Part shown: one piece after another, positions 16,146 to 40,914 of the stretch | Layout of the letters: each line of letters begins with the position of its first letter | Numbering within the stretch: position 1 is the stretch's first letter | Source: the human T2T-CHM13v2.0 reference genome, Homo sapiens | Assembly (NCBI RefSeq): GCF_009914755.1 | Contig: NC_060925.1 | Strand: one strand, 5' to 3' | Length of the DNA stretch: 64,000 nucleotides | Notes under the pieces: model-generated | What the model was told of the DNA's origin: nothing | Seen by the model: only the letters and a program-made list of their open reading frames with translations | Databases searched by the model: none | Translations under genes and position numbers: made by a program

Positions 16146-16406
16146 GTGTTTTCAGAAAATTTTACTATAACCCACTGTAAAGAAAATGTTTTATACTGTG
16201 ACACACAGTACACACACCTACATACATACCCACGTGTGTGTGTGCATATATATAATTGAAATGGTGTTATAAAACAATACCTTCACTTAATATATGCACT
16301 GCATTATATTTTCTGTTTTATTTCATTTCATAAGGAATACTAGTGAAGACACACAAAAATGATTTCACAGTTTTGAATGGATCAAAACATGCAGTTGGAA
16401 AAAGTG
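16146..16406. mobile_element. Non-autonomous hAT-Charlie-type DNA element, copy 2
   Basis: 'gtgttttcagaaaatttt..aacccactgtaaagaaaatgtttta...gcagttggaaaaagtg' with degenerate terminal inverted repeats. Confidence 0.55.
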
Positions 16407-18077
16407 AAACATACTACCCTTAATATTTGCCTTGGTACTTGCCTGATATACATGTGTACAAGAGATTTTTACAGAATGTTCATTGCAGCATTGTTAGTTG
16501 TAATAAAACAATGGAGGTAAATACCTTCAGTAGGGAAATGTATGTATATAATTTCATATGCATAGGATGAAGTAAAAACATAGTTCTATGATTTAGGTGG
16601 TTGGATCTCAATAATGTTGAACAAAATGTTGGCAAATTTTTATTGGATCAAAGTCCTTTCATGTTTAAATTTTCCAGTAAATGATTGGAGTACTTGCTAA
16701 TTAAAGGGATTTAAATGCTTTTCATGTCATACTTTAAAGTCAAGACTATTGATATTCTGTTACAAAAATATAGAAATCTCACTCTTATTCCTCCCAGATG
16801 AAGAATTATCCCTCTTCCCTATGGAGAAAGTCTATAAACTTGCCCACCTGCAAGTCTCAATTTCTCTTGAAAAAGAGCTTTGCATTTGTGGAAACATTTA
16901 GACAACTTTTCAGCCAAGACTCTAGAGCTGTCTTATAAAGCTTAGAAAAGATTACATATTTATTGAAAAATGTGAAGGGCAGATGTAGCTAAATTAGTAT
17001 TAAAAGAACTTCAGTCTAGACTCTGCAGAACAATTGATTTTGAATAGAATTGATTGATAGAGTTGCTTTGCTTCAAAATATAACTTTAAGAAATGGAATA
17101 AAATGATTGTGCATGAATGTAAAAGCACACAGTCAACTTGGAGGACTTTAATTAATGAGTGATTTACCAGTATGTGTGCAGAGCTTCTAGAAACCATGGA
17201 AGATAAAGCATTATACAAAAGGAAGCCATTAATAGAGTCTGTAAAGGTCAGCCTTGTGGAGCACGGCACCACAGGAGGAGTGGATCCAGAGAGGCAGAGG
17301 CAAACAGAAGATATTCACTCACCACTGGGAAACCCTTAAAAATTGGTGAATATCTGTCACATCAGATGATTACAGCTTTAGAAGCGTTCAAGCTAAGCAG
17401 TTCTTGGTGATGATAATACAACAGATTAATTTGCTTCCTGGAGTCACTTTTATAGATGCATGTCACCATATCAGTGTAAAAGAAGAAGGACTACAACATG
17501 CCTTACACTGTCTACAACTAGGGTGTGGTTTGCCAAACAACTCCCTTTGCCCTCTGATGCTTTCAGTGGGTACTGAATGACCTGAGGACTACATCAAATA
17601 CTACATCTCACCACACTCGTGATTCTTTTTGAGGAAAACAAAGATCAACTATGATCAGCAGATGCCTTAAGGCCTCACACTTACACACACACACCCCCCC
17701 CATTTCCTTGATAATATAAAATAGTAAAACAGTGACCTGAAATAAATTGTAATAGCTATAATATGCCTGTCTCTGATGCAACATAGTTAGATTGGAAAAC
17801 TTAATTCCGAAGTTGACAGGGAAGAATATTGGCAAAGAGCAGCAATTTACTTTCAAATAATATTCTTTCCAAATTATTTGTTGTAATTAATTTTTCCATG
17901 ATAGTTTCCTCTGAGTGGGTACTATAACAAAGGAAGAGCAAGAAGATGAAGAGTATTTTGCTTTTAGAGGAAGAATGGCAGCCAAAAAGACCAGTGGTTA
18001 GGAAATGCCAATCAAACCAACTTTTCTTTAAAGAATACTCCCAAAGGCCTTCTCAGTTTTCGTAAGTAATGGGGTCT

Positions 18078-18320
18078 TGCATTGGTTTTCTATTGATGCT
18101 ATAACAAATTACCACAAACTTAGTGGTAATTTGGACAAGATGAATTTATTTTATGACAGCTCTGAAAGTCAGACTACGAAATGAGTCCTAAGGGGCTTGA
18201 ATGAAGATGTCAGCAGAGCTGGTTTCTGGATTCTTTTTTTGCAATAAAAGGTAACATCCACAGGTTCTGGGGATTTAAATATGGATAGCTTTGGGGAGGA
18301 ACATTATTCAGCCTGTCACA
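18078..18320 (-). mobile_element. MaLR solo LTR (MLT1-type), internally deleted
   Basis: 'tgcattggttttctattgatgctataacaaattaccacaaacttagtgg'...'attattcagcctgtcaca'; TG...CA ends. Confidence 0.75.
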
Positions 18321-18606
18321 GGTGTCTTAAAGTGTGTGTCAAAAGATCATAGGTAGACAAGACCTAGTGGAGTCATCGGTGTATGTTATTAATTTAATGA
18401 ATAATTCAGTCATCACCTGGAGAAGCTAGACAGAAATCATGGGTAACAGCCCCAAATCTGCATTTATTGTTGATCTTTTCTAACTATTTAAGCCTGAGGT
18501 CTCCCACTGAGACATTTTGTCACTTGTTGTTTGAAAGAATACACTGCTTACAAAATAATTTAAAACTCATAAGTGTTTTTGAGTTTCATTTGTTGCTGTA
18601 TCTTAA

Positions 18607-18997
<391 letters not shown>

Positions 18998-20669
18998 TTC
19001 CATTAAAGTCTTATTGTGTCATTTAATAAATGATGATGTCTTCCCTACTAGGCCATAAGCTCTACAAAAACAGGGTACATGTCTTTCTTTTTTCCAACCC
19101 ATAGCTCTGGGCCCAATGTATCATGGGCATTCAGATATTCACCACTCTTTCATATGAGCTCTATTGTTACATTGAACTCAAAGGCAAGCAAGGACCTTAT
19201 CTTATTCATCTTAGTAACCCTAAAAACTAGCATGGTATCTGGGACACAGTAGTCACTACATTTCTGAATGAGTGGGTGCCCAGACACAAGGCAATCACGA
19301 TTAGTTTAACTAGTCTATTCAGCAATGTACTCAAAAGGGATACTCTTCCCCAAAATCAATTTGAGAAAAGGACTTTTGATTATTTATGTCTGAGAAAGCT
19401 GCTTATAGATACTAGAAAAACCTTCATTTCACCTTAACCTTCTCATTATCTAATCTCACAATTTTGTTTAAAGTTGTAGTTAGGATGAGAATACATTCAA
19501 GAGAGAACTGATCCCTTTTTTATAGGGTTAATGATGTCTACCTTGAGAAAGGAGGTAGGCAAAGAAAGATTAATTATTAAATAATAATCTTGTCCATGTA
19601 CCTATAGACTTATTACCATAGTACCATTCAGCCTACTGATTTGTAGAATGAATGAATTTGGTGATTTTTAAAAATTGAGATATCTCCCTGTCTCAACAGA
19701 GAGGCAGTCTATCCTATGATGGTATTCTTTGGATGAATTTTTGACATAGTCATCAATATTGTAATAGTCAGGTCTTTTAAAATAATTCATCTAATGGAAA
19801 CACCATATAAAAGGTTGAGAAATGATATCTATTTGGTTCTGGGCATTTGAGGATCATCAAACACATTAAGAAAAAAATCATTAGGTGTTTGATCAATGTT
19901 TAGGTTTTTCTGTTTGCTAGATAACTCAGAAGATGGCTCTCATATGTTGACTAAATATAGGTCACCTTTGTCAGAGGAATGCTTTGCTAGAGGAACGAAT
20001 AAATAGCTGAAAACAACAGAGAGTAAAGCCTAAGGGGAAAGTTTGACAGGCTGGTTGTATTTATGTATTCATCCTGCCACATCCTCGAAAAAGGTATTTA
20101 TTGTTAAGTAGGTTCAAAAACATCTTCAAGACCAGAAAATGCCTTCGGACGCCACTGGGCTGTTGAATTCCTTAGTTATTGATTCACTAATGTCATCATG
20201 AAAGAATTTATGATTTTCCCAATCCAGTCCACCAGGAGAGGGAAGGCCTTGATAAGGATTTAGATGATAAGGAGAAGAATTGCCAAGATTGAAGACCCAG
20301 AGCAACAGCAAAGAATTTTGGAAAAGAAATTTCACCAAAGAGTAAAGTTAGTGTTATTTTGGTTATGTGGAATATTAGAGTGAATTAAGTAGAGGAATAA
20401 AATCACTAATAAAATTGGTTAGCAAAGGCGTCATAAAATCACACCAATGAGAAACAGAGTGCTAACCTAGACTTTGTATATCTTCAGTTTCCTTTCAAGC
20501 ATTTCAAACCTCCCCAATTAGCTTCAAGTTTATCCTTAGGTAGATGTGTACAAAAGATTTCTTCAACTACTTTCTAGTATTCAAGATATTATTTAAGGGA
20601 AAAATCACATTTATTTATTCATTAGATATTTTGGTAAGTATTCTAGGTGCTGGATTAAAAGAGAGAAAT

Positions 20670-20910
20670 GGCTCACGCCTGTAATCCTAGCACTTTGGGA
20701 GGCCGAGATGGGCGGATCACTTGAGATCAGAAGTTTGAGACCAGCCTGGCCAATGTGTTGAAACCCTGTCTCTACTAAAAATACAAAAATTAGCCGGAAA
20801 TCACCTGAACCCGGGAGGTGGAGGTTGCAGTGAGCCGAGATTGTGTCACTGCACTCTAGCTTGGGCGACAGAGTGAGACTCTTTCTTAAAAAAAAAAGTT
20901 AAAAAAATAA
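20670..20910 (+). mobile_element. AluS with ~50-nt internal deletion in the right arm
   Basis: 'aattagccgg' is joined directly to 'aaatcacctgaacccggg'. Confidence 0.9.
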
Positions 20911-20974
20911 AATAGATAACATGTCTTATTTTTCCTCAGGCTCTGTTTAATGGTGGTGATGATGACATGATGGT

Positions 20975-21200
20975 CATCACTACCATCCATTGAGTACATG
21001 CACCAAGTCATCATGTTAAATGCATTCCATGGTTATTATGTCATTTAATTCTCACAGCTCTATTAGGTGGTTTTATAATCCCTACTTTATTGATGAGAAC
21101 AAAGAAGCTAAGAGACATTACATAACTTTCTCAAGGTCACAGTAAGTGGCAGTGCTAGGTCTAGACCCTATCTTTCATGTGTTAAAGCCTAGCACTTATC
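20975..21200 (-). mobile_element. MIR
   Basis: 'tcatttaattctcacagc...gatgagaacaaagaagctaagagac..aactttctcaaggtcacag'. Confidence 0.7.
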
Positions 21201-22993
21201 TGCCCCTTCTGCCCTGCTTCCTGTGAAAGAGTTAATTCAAGAGAAATAGTGTCACTTATTTTTCAAAGATAATTAGAAATTGTTCCAACCCCTCCCTAGT
21301 TTTCAGGACAAGAATGCAAGTTGAGAACAGACACTGGTGGAATCCTCATGAAGCCAAGGCTTGGACATTTTGATTAGGCTCCTTCTGGACGAAGGCCTTT
21401 TAAAGAAGGATTCTAATTAGTTAAGGATTCTCCCTGTATTTTATAAACATTTGAGTTTTTTTCTCCAGAATTAGTGGAGGAATATATTTGCCAGTCAATA
21501 ATATGAATTGAGAAGTTTGTCAAGATTCATTAATGGGCTGAATCCAGTTAAGATCTCATAGAGAAGATGGCAAAATTCTTCTCCGTATCTCTAGGGTGCC
21601 ATTTGAGATCACTTTATTTGCTTTGGGGAAACTATTACCCTGACATTCTGCCAAGTACATTCAAGAAATATTCACTGAGGGCCTCCTGTGTCTCAGGCAC
21701 CATAGTAGGCTTGGTGCTGTCGAAGATCAGTGAGCTGGGTTCCTCAAGCCTGAGCCTTTCCAGAGTCTGACCTGAATAGGATATAGGGAATAGGAAGTAG
21801 GAGGGATTGGGGGAGGGGTTTGAAGTATCTCAAAGGTAAAAGCCTTAGTGAAATTAGAGGGAACCTCAGATATCCAAGTTTTGGAAACTAGCTAGTAACA
21901 GAAAATAATTTCTTTTAAGGAAGAATTTCTTAAGAAATGATATCTCAGGCTGGGATTTCTGCTAGAGTTTCATGGAAATCCAAGTCACAACTTCTAAATT
22001 ATTCTTCACCCCACGCTTTAATTATGTCACTAGCTAAAACCTGTTACCTGAGAGTAGGCTTGCTGCTGTCAGGAAAGGGATGCATATACATATCCTCTTA
22101 CCTGACACACAGTAGGCCCATTATCAGATCAGCCACGTTTCAAAGCCCAGAGTAAACAAACAGGGCTTCCCAATCACCACCAATTTTTCTTTTGCATTTT
22201 CCTCATTAAATTTATTTGATGCTTAATAACTTTTAGCTTTGAAATAGTTCAAAATATTCCCCAAATATATTGTAAGTACTCTCTGAAGTTTTCATAATAT
22301 CATGTAAATTAATTTTAGAATCAGAAACATTCTCATTTTCCTCATATGTAACATGAAATGTTAATAATACCATCTTTATTATAACTGCTGTGATGATTAC
22401 TAAGTGACATGTATGTAAAATGCCAACTGCTATGTCATAGGGCTTCAATAAATTATACCCCTTAGGAACTGTCAAAGATTTTAAAATAAGAATTTAATGC
22501 ACATTTATGTATTTGGAAGAAGCGTAGCATTTATGTATTTGTAAATAGCAATGAGAGAGGTCCCTTTTATTTTAAAAAAACATTTTTAAAGTGTTGTTTT
22601 TTAAAGGGACATCTCATATTGCTGTACTTTTTCCAAAAAATGAAATCGACATGAAATGTTTCAAGAAAACATTTTCACTTGATCCACTTCATTTGCCAAC
22701 TAATAATATAACTGAAGAAATGTGACTTTTGTAAGATTATTTCTCTTGTTATTGTCCTTGAAGATCTTTCGATCTTTCATTTCCTATAGAGGAATGCCTG
22801 TAATCTGCCTTCTCCTCCCACTTTTCTGAAGAATACCTCGAGCAAAACTGGGGAGGAGGCCATAGCCTCCTTGTGGGAGGAATTGGAGGGACTACATGAA
22901 AAAACAACTTTCTGACCCTAAACGAAAGACCTTCTCTCTTCTGTTTTTGGAATCTTTTTGCAGGGGTGAGTATGGGAGAAAGGTAACTGGGGA

Positions 22994-22996
<3 letters not shown>

Positions 22997-23031
<35 letters not shown>

Positions 23032-23056
23032 TGTCTGTCTGTCTGTCTGTCTGTGT
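22997..23056. repeat. Compound microsatellite (GT)17(CTGT)n
   Basis: Read directly from the sequence. Confidence 0.95.
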
Positions 23057-23449
23057 ATTCCATCTAGAGCTCTACAAGGGAACCTAGGAGAGAAACCAGG
23101 AGCGCTGGCTGCACCATTATCTAGGGAGAGAAGGATCCTGAGGATTCTGGCTAAGGGTGCCTTCAGGGAAAGAGTGCGATCTGTCCAGAGTGACATTTGT
23201 GTTTAAATTATGGAAACCTAAGGAAAACTTAGGTGAATGAACAGAAAGCAAATTGAATTGCACATTATATACACCACCCTTTAGGTGGATGGGAAAGTCT
23301 CATTGTTTTAAGGACAAATAAATTTTACCAGACTCAGTTCTACCTAGTTGTTCACATAAAGATTCTATCCTTTGCCCTCTTTCCTTTCTACTTTATATAT
23401 TCTCCCTGAGCTACTTTAATGCTATCTTCTCTGAATATTGAGCTTTATT

Positions 23450-24440
23450 TTGTATATTATTTATTTTTTATTATAAAAATAATACTGCTTCAGTTGTAAA
23501 AAAAAAAAAAGACAATACAAGAAAGACTAACATGGAAAAGAAAACTTAAATGCAATTCTGCCACCCCGCGATAACCACACCTAACCTTTTCACCATCTGT
23601 GGGTAATGTTTTGTGACCTGCTTTTTTCCCATTTGTTGATATGTTACAAATATTTTCCTGATATTATTATTTTTCCTTATTATTTTAAAGGCTGCAAAGC
23701 CTTGTATTATATGGCTGTATAATAATGTATTTACCCAATGTTTACTTATTGGATATTTAGTTTGTGTCCAATTATCCCTCTTGTAAATCAGGCATACAGG
23801 GAGTTAGCGTACTTCCCATGTTTCCTTCAGTTAAATTTTAAGATACAGATTCATGGGGTCAATGAGCATGATTTTGACAATTTTAATGAAAATATTCATA
23901 TCAGTTTAGACTGTCATTGCTAATATATAGGACCAGATTCCCCACAGTGTCCTTTTCCTTATCTTTGCCAAATCATCAAAATATGGGGGGTGAGAGGGTT
24001 GAATGAAAGGGATATCTCATTATTAGGGCTTCATTTGCATGTTTTTGGTAACTAGAGATGTAATAGTTTTATGCTTGTTAGCCATTTGTATTTCTTCTTT
24101 TGTGAATTGCCTTTTCAGATTCTCTGCCTCATCCTGTTACAAAATTATGTTTTCTAATCTTGAAGTGTAAAGTTTTTACTTAGCTAACATTTTCAGTACC
24201 TTCAACATAAGTTCCTCATGTACACAAGTGGAGATAAACGTTCACTTCCTTTTACTTCTGGTTTCTTTTATGATTTGTTTTTATATTTAACTTCTTAATT
24301 TACATGGAATTTATTTTGGTGTGTGGAATGACATAGGGGCCTGGCTTTACTTTTTTCCTACCAGCAGAGCATTTTCCTTTCCACCATTTGCTTCATCATT
24401 TATCTTGTCCCCACCAATTAAAAATGCCATCTTTATCTCA
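23450..24440 (-). mobile_element. Ancient L1ME-like fragments
   Basis: 'atatctcattattagggcttcatttgcat', 'gccatttgtatttcttcttttgtgaattgcct', 'ggaatttattttggtgtgtgg'. Confidence 0.6.
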
Positions 24441-24633
24441 GAACCTTAAGGATCCAGGGATGGCCATGATTGTTTAGGCAGGAGAAGGGGAGTGGTTGGA
24501 AGGAAATGAGGCAATAAGGAGACTTCAACTTTATGAGTAGCATTTTATGTTTTACTTAAAAAAAAGATCAACAGCAAAAATGACAAATGTTTTCATTGTG
24601 AAATCTGGCCATATGAGCCCAGGAGTATTTTCT

Positions 24634-24815
24634 TTTCCTTCCTTCCTTCCTTCCTTCCTTCCTTCCTTCCTTCCTTCCTTCCTTCCTTCCTTCCTTCTTT
24701 CCTTCCTTCCTTCCCTCCTTCCTTTCCTTTTACTTTGTCTTCTCTTCTCTTCCCCTTTGTTTTCCTTCCTTCCTTCCTTCCTTTCTTTCTCTTTCCCTTT
24801 CTTTCCATTTCCTTC

Positions 24816-24893
<78 letters not shown>

Positions 24894-24973
24894 CTCTCTC
24901 TCTCTCTCTCTCTGTCTTTCCTTCCTTCTTTCCTTCCTTCTTTCTTTCGCTCTCTCTTTCTCTCTTTCTTTCT
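24634..24973. repeat. Compound (TTCC)n/(TTTC)n/(TC)n polypyrimidine microsatellite derived from an Alu tail
   Basis: Read directly; lies inside the TSD of the adjacent Alu. Confidence 0.95.
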
Positions 24974-25210
24974 CAGGGTTTCCCTCTGATAGCTTACTGC
25001 AACCTCAAACTCTCTGAACTCAGGTGATCCTTCTACCTCAGCCTGCCAAGCAACTAGGTACACAGGCACACACCACCACACCCAGCTAATTTTTGTATAT
25101 CTTATAGAGATGAGGTTTCCTCATGTTGCCCAGGCTGGTCTTGAACTGCTGGGCTCAAGCAACCCGCCTGCCTTGGCCTTCCGAAGTGCTGGGATTCCAG
25201 GCGTGAGCCA
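24974..25210 (-). mobile_element. AluJ, degenerate
   Basis: Reverse Alu body; 16-bp TSD cccaggagtattttct at 24618-24633 and 25211-25226. Confidence 0.9.
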
Positions 25211-26144
25211 CCCAGGAGTATTTTCTGTGTTTCTCTGGTGCTCTAAAAAAATATATATACATACATGGGAACTGTATTCCCTGGGAGCTTAAAAGAATCA
25301 CCAGTCAAATGAGCCCAGAATCTTCTAAAGAGGCAATGCTTTAACAATTTTATAATTTCTTCTATAGTGGTTTCCCTTAAAATATTCTTATTTCTTTTGA
25401 GTCAATTTTCCTAATTAACTTTCTTCTGTGATATCATTCACTTTATTCTGATTTTAAATAGATTGACATAAGGTTTAGCAGAGTAATAGCTCTCTATCTG
25501 TGACTATATCTTTTTGATTCCTATTGTGTATTTTGTTATTTTCTTTTTACCTGATTAGATCAGCCAAAATGTCTTTGAGTGTCTTTGTTGTTGTTTTTCA
25601 ATTAACTTTAAAATTTTTCAAGTAGTTGGAATTATTTTATATATAATCATCATTTTTAAAAATTGTTTTGCTCTCTGGCCAAAGGATGTGGCAAGTACAT
25701 TTTTTTTTTAAAGAATAAGGTTCTCTTTGCTGTGGTTTTTCCACATTACTTATTAGCACTTGATACCATTGTCCATGTCTCTAGTTTAATAATTTTTTGC
25801 CTACTTGATCTGTCAAGGACTGAAAGGGATGTATTAAAACTTCCTCTGACCATTGTATTCTTGCCAACTTCTTTTAGTACTTCTAGTAATTTATGCTTAA
25901 TATGATTATTCTTAATGTTAGTAACGGTATATAACAATTTTGGCTTGACTAATATACCTCATAATCTTTATTATAGATAGCAGAAAATTGTAATAATCTT
26001 GTTCCATCTTAAAGTCTATAATGGGGTTTAACCCATTGGCCTTTATTGTTATGATTGATATTTTGGGCCTCTGTCCTCTTATGTTTTCTGGCTTGTATGT
26101 TCCTTGCCATATTATGTGCTTTCTGTTTCTGTATGGATTGTGGG

Positions 26145-27650
<1,506 letters not shown>

Positions 27651-29207
27651 ATGAATTTGAGTAAAATTTGGAGGATGGGTATGTAGTTATATGCTTTCTG
27701 AATTCTTATAGCTGATAATATTTTTGCTGTCTTCACAAATGCAAAAGACCATTTTTTCCTAAAATGTTGTCAACTTGCTTAATTGTAGGCTATCATTTAT
27801 TGCCATAGAGAAGACTGAGGCCAGCCCAATTTTTGTTCTTTTTTAGGTTATTTATTTTTCTCCATCCTACATATTTGTAAAATTCTTTGCTTATCATTTG
27901 AATGTTAAAGAATTGCTTGGACATGTCTAACTAATATTGTCTCTTCATTTATGTTGTATGGAACATGTAAGTCATCATTCAGTGGATTCAGGTCTTTTTT
28001 CACTGAAAAAAGCTTTCTTCTGTTACTTATTTAAATAAGTATTGATTCTGCTCTGTTTGTTGCAACAATTTTCTCTGCTAGGTCTCCATCTGATGTTCTT
28101 CATATTCATCATCTCATAAATGTAATATTTTTGTTCTTTTCTTTTATATTAGCGGAGGTTTCTCAAGTGTGACTTCCACATGATTTTAGTAATATAGATT
28201 CTTCTTCTGTTTTTAATTCTGCTTTAAATTCATTTTGATTATTTTTACTTTCCTTACACTCCTTTAGTTCAGTTCAGCCAAGTTTCTCTTTGTTGCCTTA
28301 GATAGAACGTTATCATTCACCTTTTATTTAATCAGTTCCATGTTTTCTTGGCTTTGATATACACCATGAAGTGGAAGCTGCCTAAATCTTAGAGTGAATC
28401 TTTCATAAGTATCCTCATGCTCCACCTTTTGAATGAGGTTTTTTCCACCATGTTTTTAGGGTATATAATATTTTCATAATTTCATGTTAATTGTTAACTG
28501 ATTTGTGAACCAAAATGACAAATCCAACCCTAATGCTTCCAAGAAAATTTGTTGGAGTCTTGTTGAAACCCCTCACCTGGAATACTAGAATCTTATTCCC
28601 TGGATTTTAACTTTGGTAGATTGTTGATAAAAGTTTACCTGACTAATTCAATGTCCCAGGACTTGAAGGGAGTGGGTGCAGGGCTGAGGCTGCAGGCTGT
28701 GTCAGCAGGGGAACTTCATCTCCTTCAGGCTTGAAGAAGCTTCTGAACCAGGCTCTGGTTTGCAGAACATAATTTTCTATTTGGCCTGGCTGCCATACCA
28801 ATGGTTGATGTGACTACATTTAGGTTCTTACTAATTTATTCTCCCCAGTTCTAGAAGGATCACTGTCTGTCTGGGCTTTATCTCGTCTAGGAATTTCCAG
28901 TGCAACAACTTCTGAGGTTGGTGGCCACCAACTATGAACTGTGAATTGAGAGAGGTGAAATGCCTCTCCTCTGGCTGGATCCTACCCTCTCTTTCCAAAT
29001 TAGGGAATATTAATGGGTTTTGGCAGAACCCATATCTACTTACTGTAAAACATATCCCATCTTCACTTTATGATTATGGATAACTGGCTCTCAGTCTTCC
29101 AATTTGTATTCACTTGCCATTTGTGACATAAGGATAGTATGGCACCTTTGGTCCAATGTGAATAGAAAACAGAAACATCTACTGAGTGGATCATATGAAT
29201 TTTTGTC

Positions 29208-29470
29208 ATCTAGGCTGGGATGCAGTGGTGCAATCATAGCTCACTGCAGCCTCGAACTCCTGGGCTTAAATGATCTCTCTGCCTCAGCCTCCTGAGTAGC
29301 TGAGACTGCAAGCATGTACCACCATACCCAGCTATTTTTTTAAAATTTTTTTGTAGACATGGTCTCTTGCTTGTGCAGTCCTGTCTTGATCTCCTGGCCT
29401 CAAGCAATCCTACCACCTTGGCCTCCCGAAGTGCAGGGATTACAGGCATGAGCCATTCATTGCACCTGGC
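29208..29470 (-). mobile_element. AluJ lacking its tail
   Basis: 'atcatagctcactgcagcctcgaactcctgggct' J-type diagnostics. Confidence 0.9.
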
Positions 29471-29484
29471 TGGTTTTGTTCTTT

Positions 29485-37603
<8,119 letters not shown>

Positions 37604-37639
37604 ATGGTTTTGTTCTTTATTTTATTCTTCTGCTATTGT

Positions 37640-40606
<2,967 letters not shown>

Positions 40607-40619
40607 ACTTGCTGTATGC

Positions 40620-40914
40620 TTTTTTTTTTTTTTCAGGGTCTCACTCTGACACCCAGGCTAGAGGTGCAGTGGTGCAATCACAGCTCACTGCAGCTTCAAT
40701 TTCCAGGGCTCAGGTAATTCTCCCACCTCAGCCTCCTGAGTAGCTGGGACTACAGGCACCTACCACCAGAGTCCAGCTAATTTTTTTTAATTTTTGTAGA
40801 GACAGAGTTTTGCCATGTTGCCCAGGCTGGTCTCAAGCTGCTCGGCTCAAGCATTCTACCTGTCTTGGCCTCCCAAAGTGCTGGGATTACAGGTGTGAGC
40901 CACTGCACACAGCC
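40620..40914 (-). mobile_element. AluJ
   Basis: Reverse Alu with T tail at 40620-33. Confidence 0.92.

Larger units (their letters stand above)
14150..16625 (+). mobile_element. Fragmented ancient L1ME-like element, interrupted by LTR-like, Charlie-like and Alu insertions
   Basis: Diverged ORF2 segments ('tttgatgaaattcaacatccattc', 'tattcaaatggaaaagcaaag', 'agacaaatagatcaatagaac', 'atgaaaagatgctcaacctcact') in colinear order. Confidence 0.65.

Noticed and set aside
17309-17355. 10-bp inverted repeat agatattcac / gtgaatatct as a possible hairpin RNA
   Set aside because: A few such stems are expected by chance in 64 kb, and there is no extended pairing.
22749-23206. ORFs with THTHTH / VCVCVC runs
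   Set aside because: Products of the (GT)n microsatellite.
24547-25081. 156-aa F/L/S-rich and 162-aa K/E/R-rich ORFs on opposite strands
   Set aside because: Translations of the stop-free (TTCC)/(TTTC) microsatellite plus Alu; not genes.
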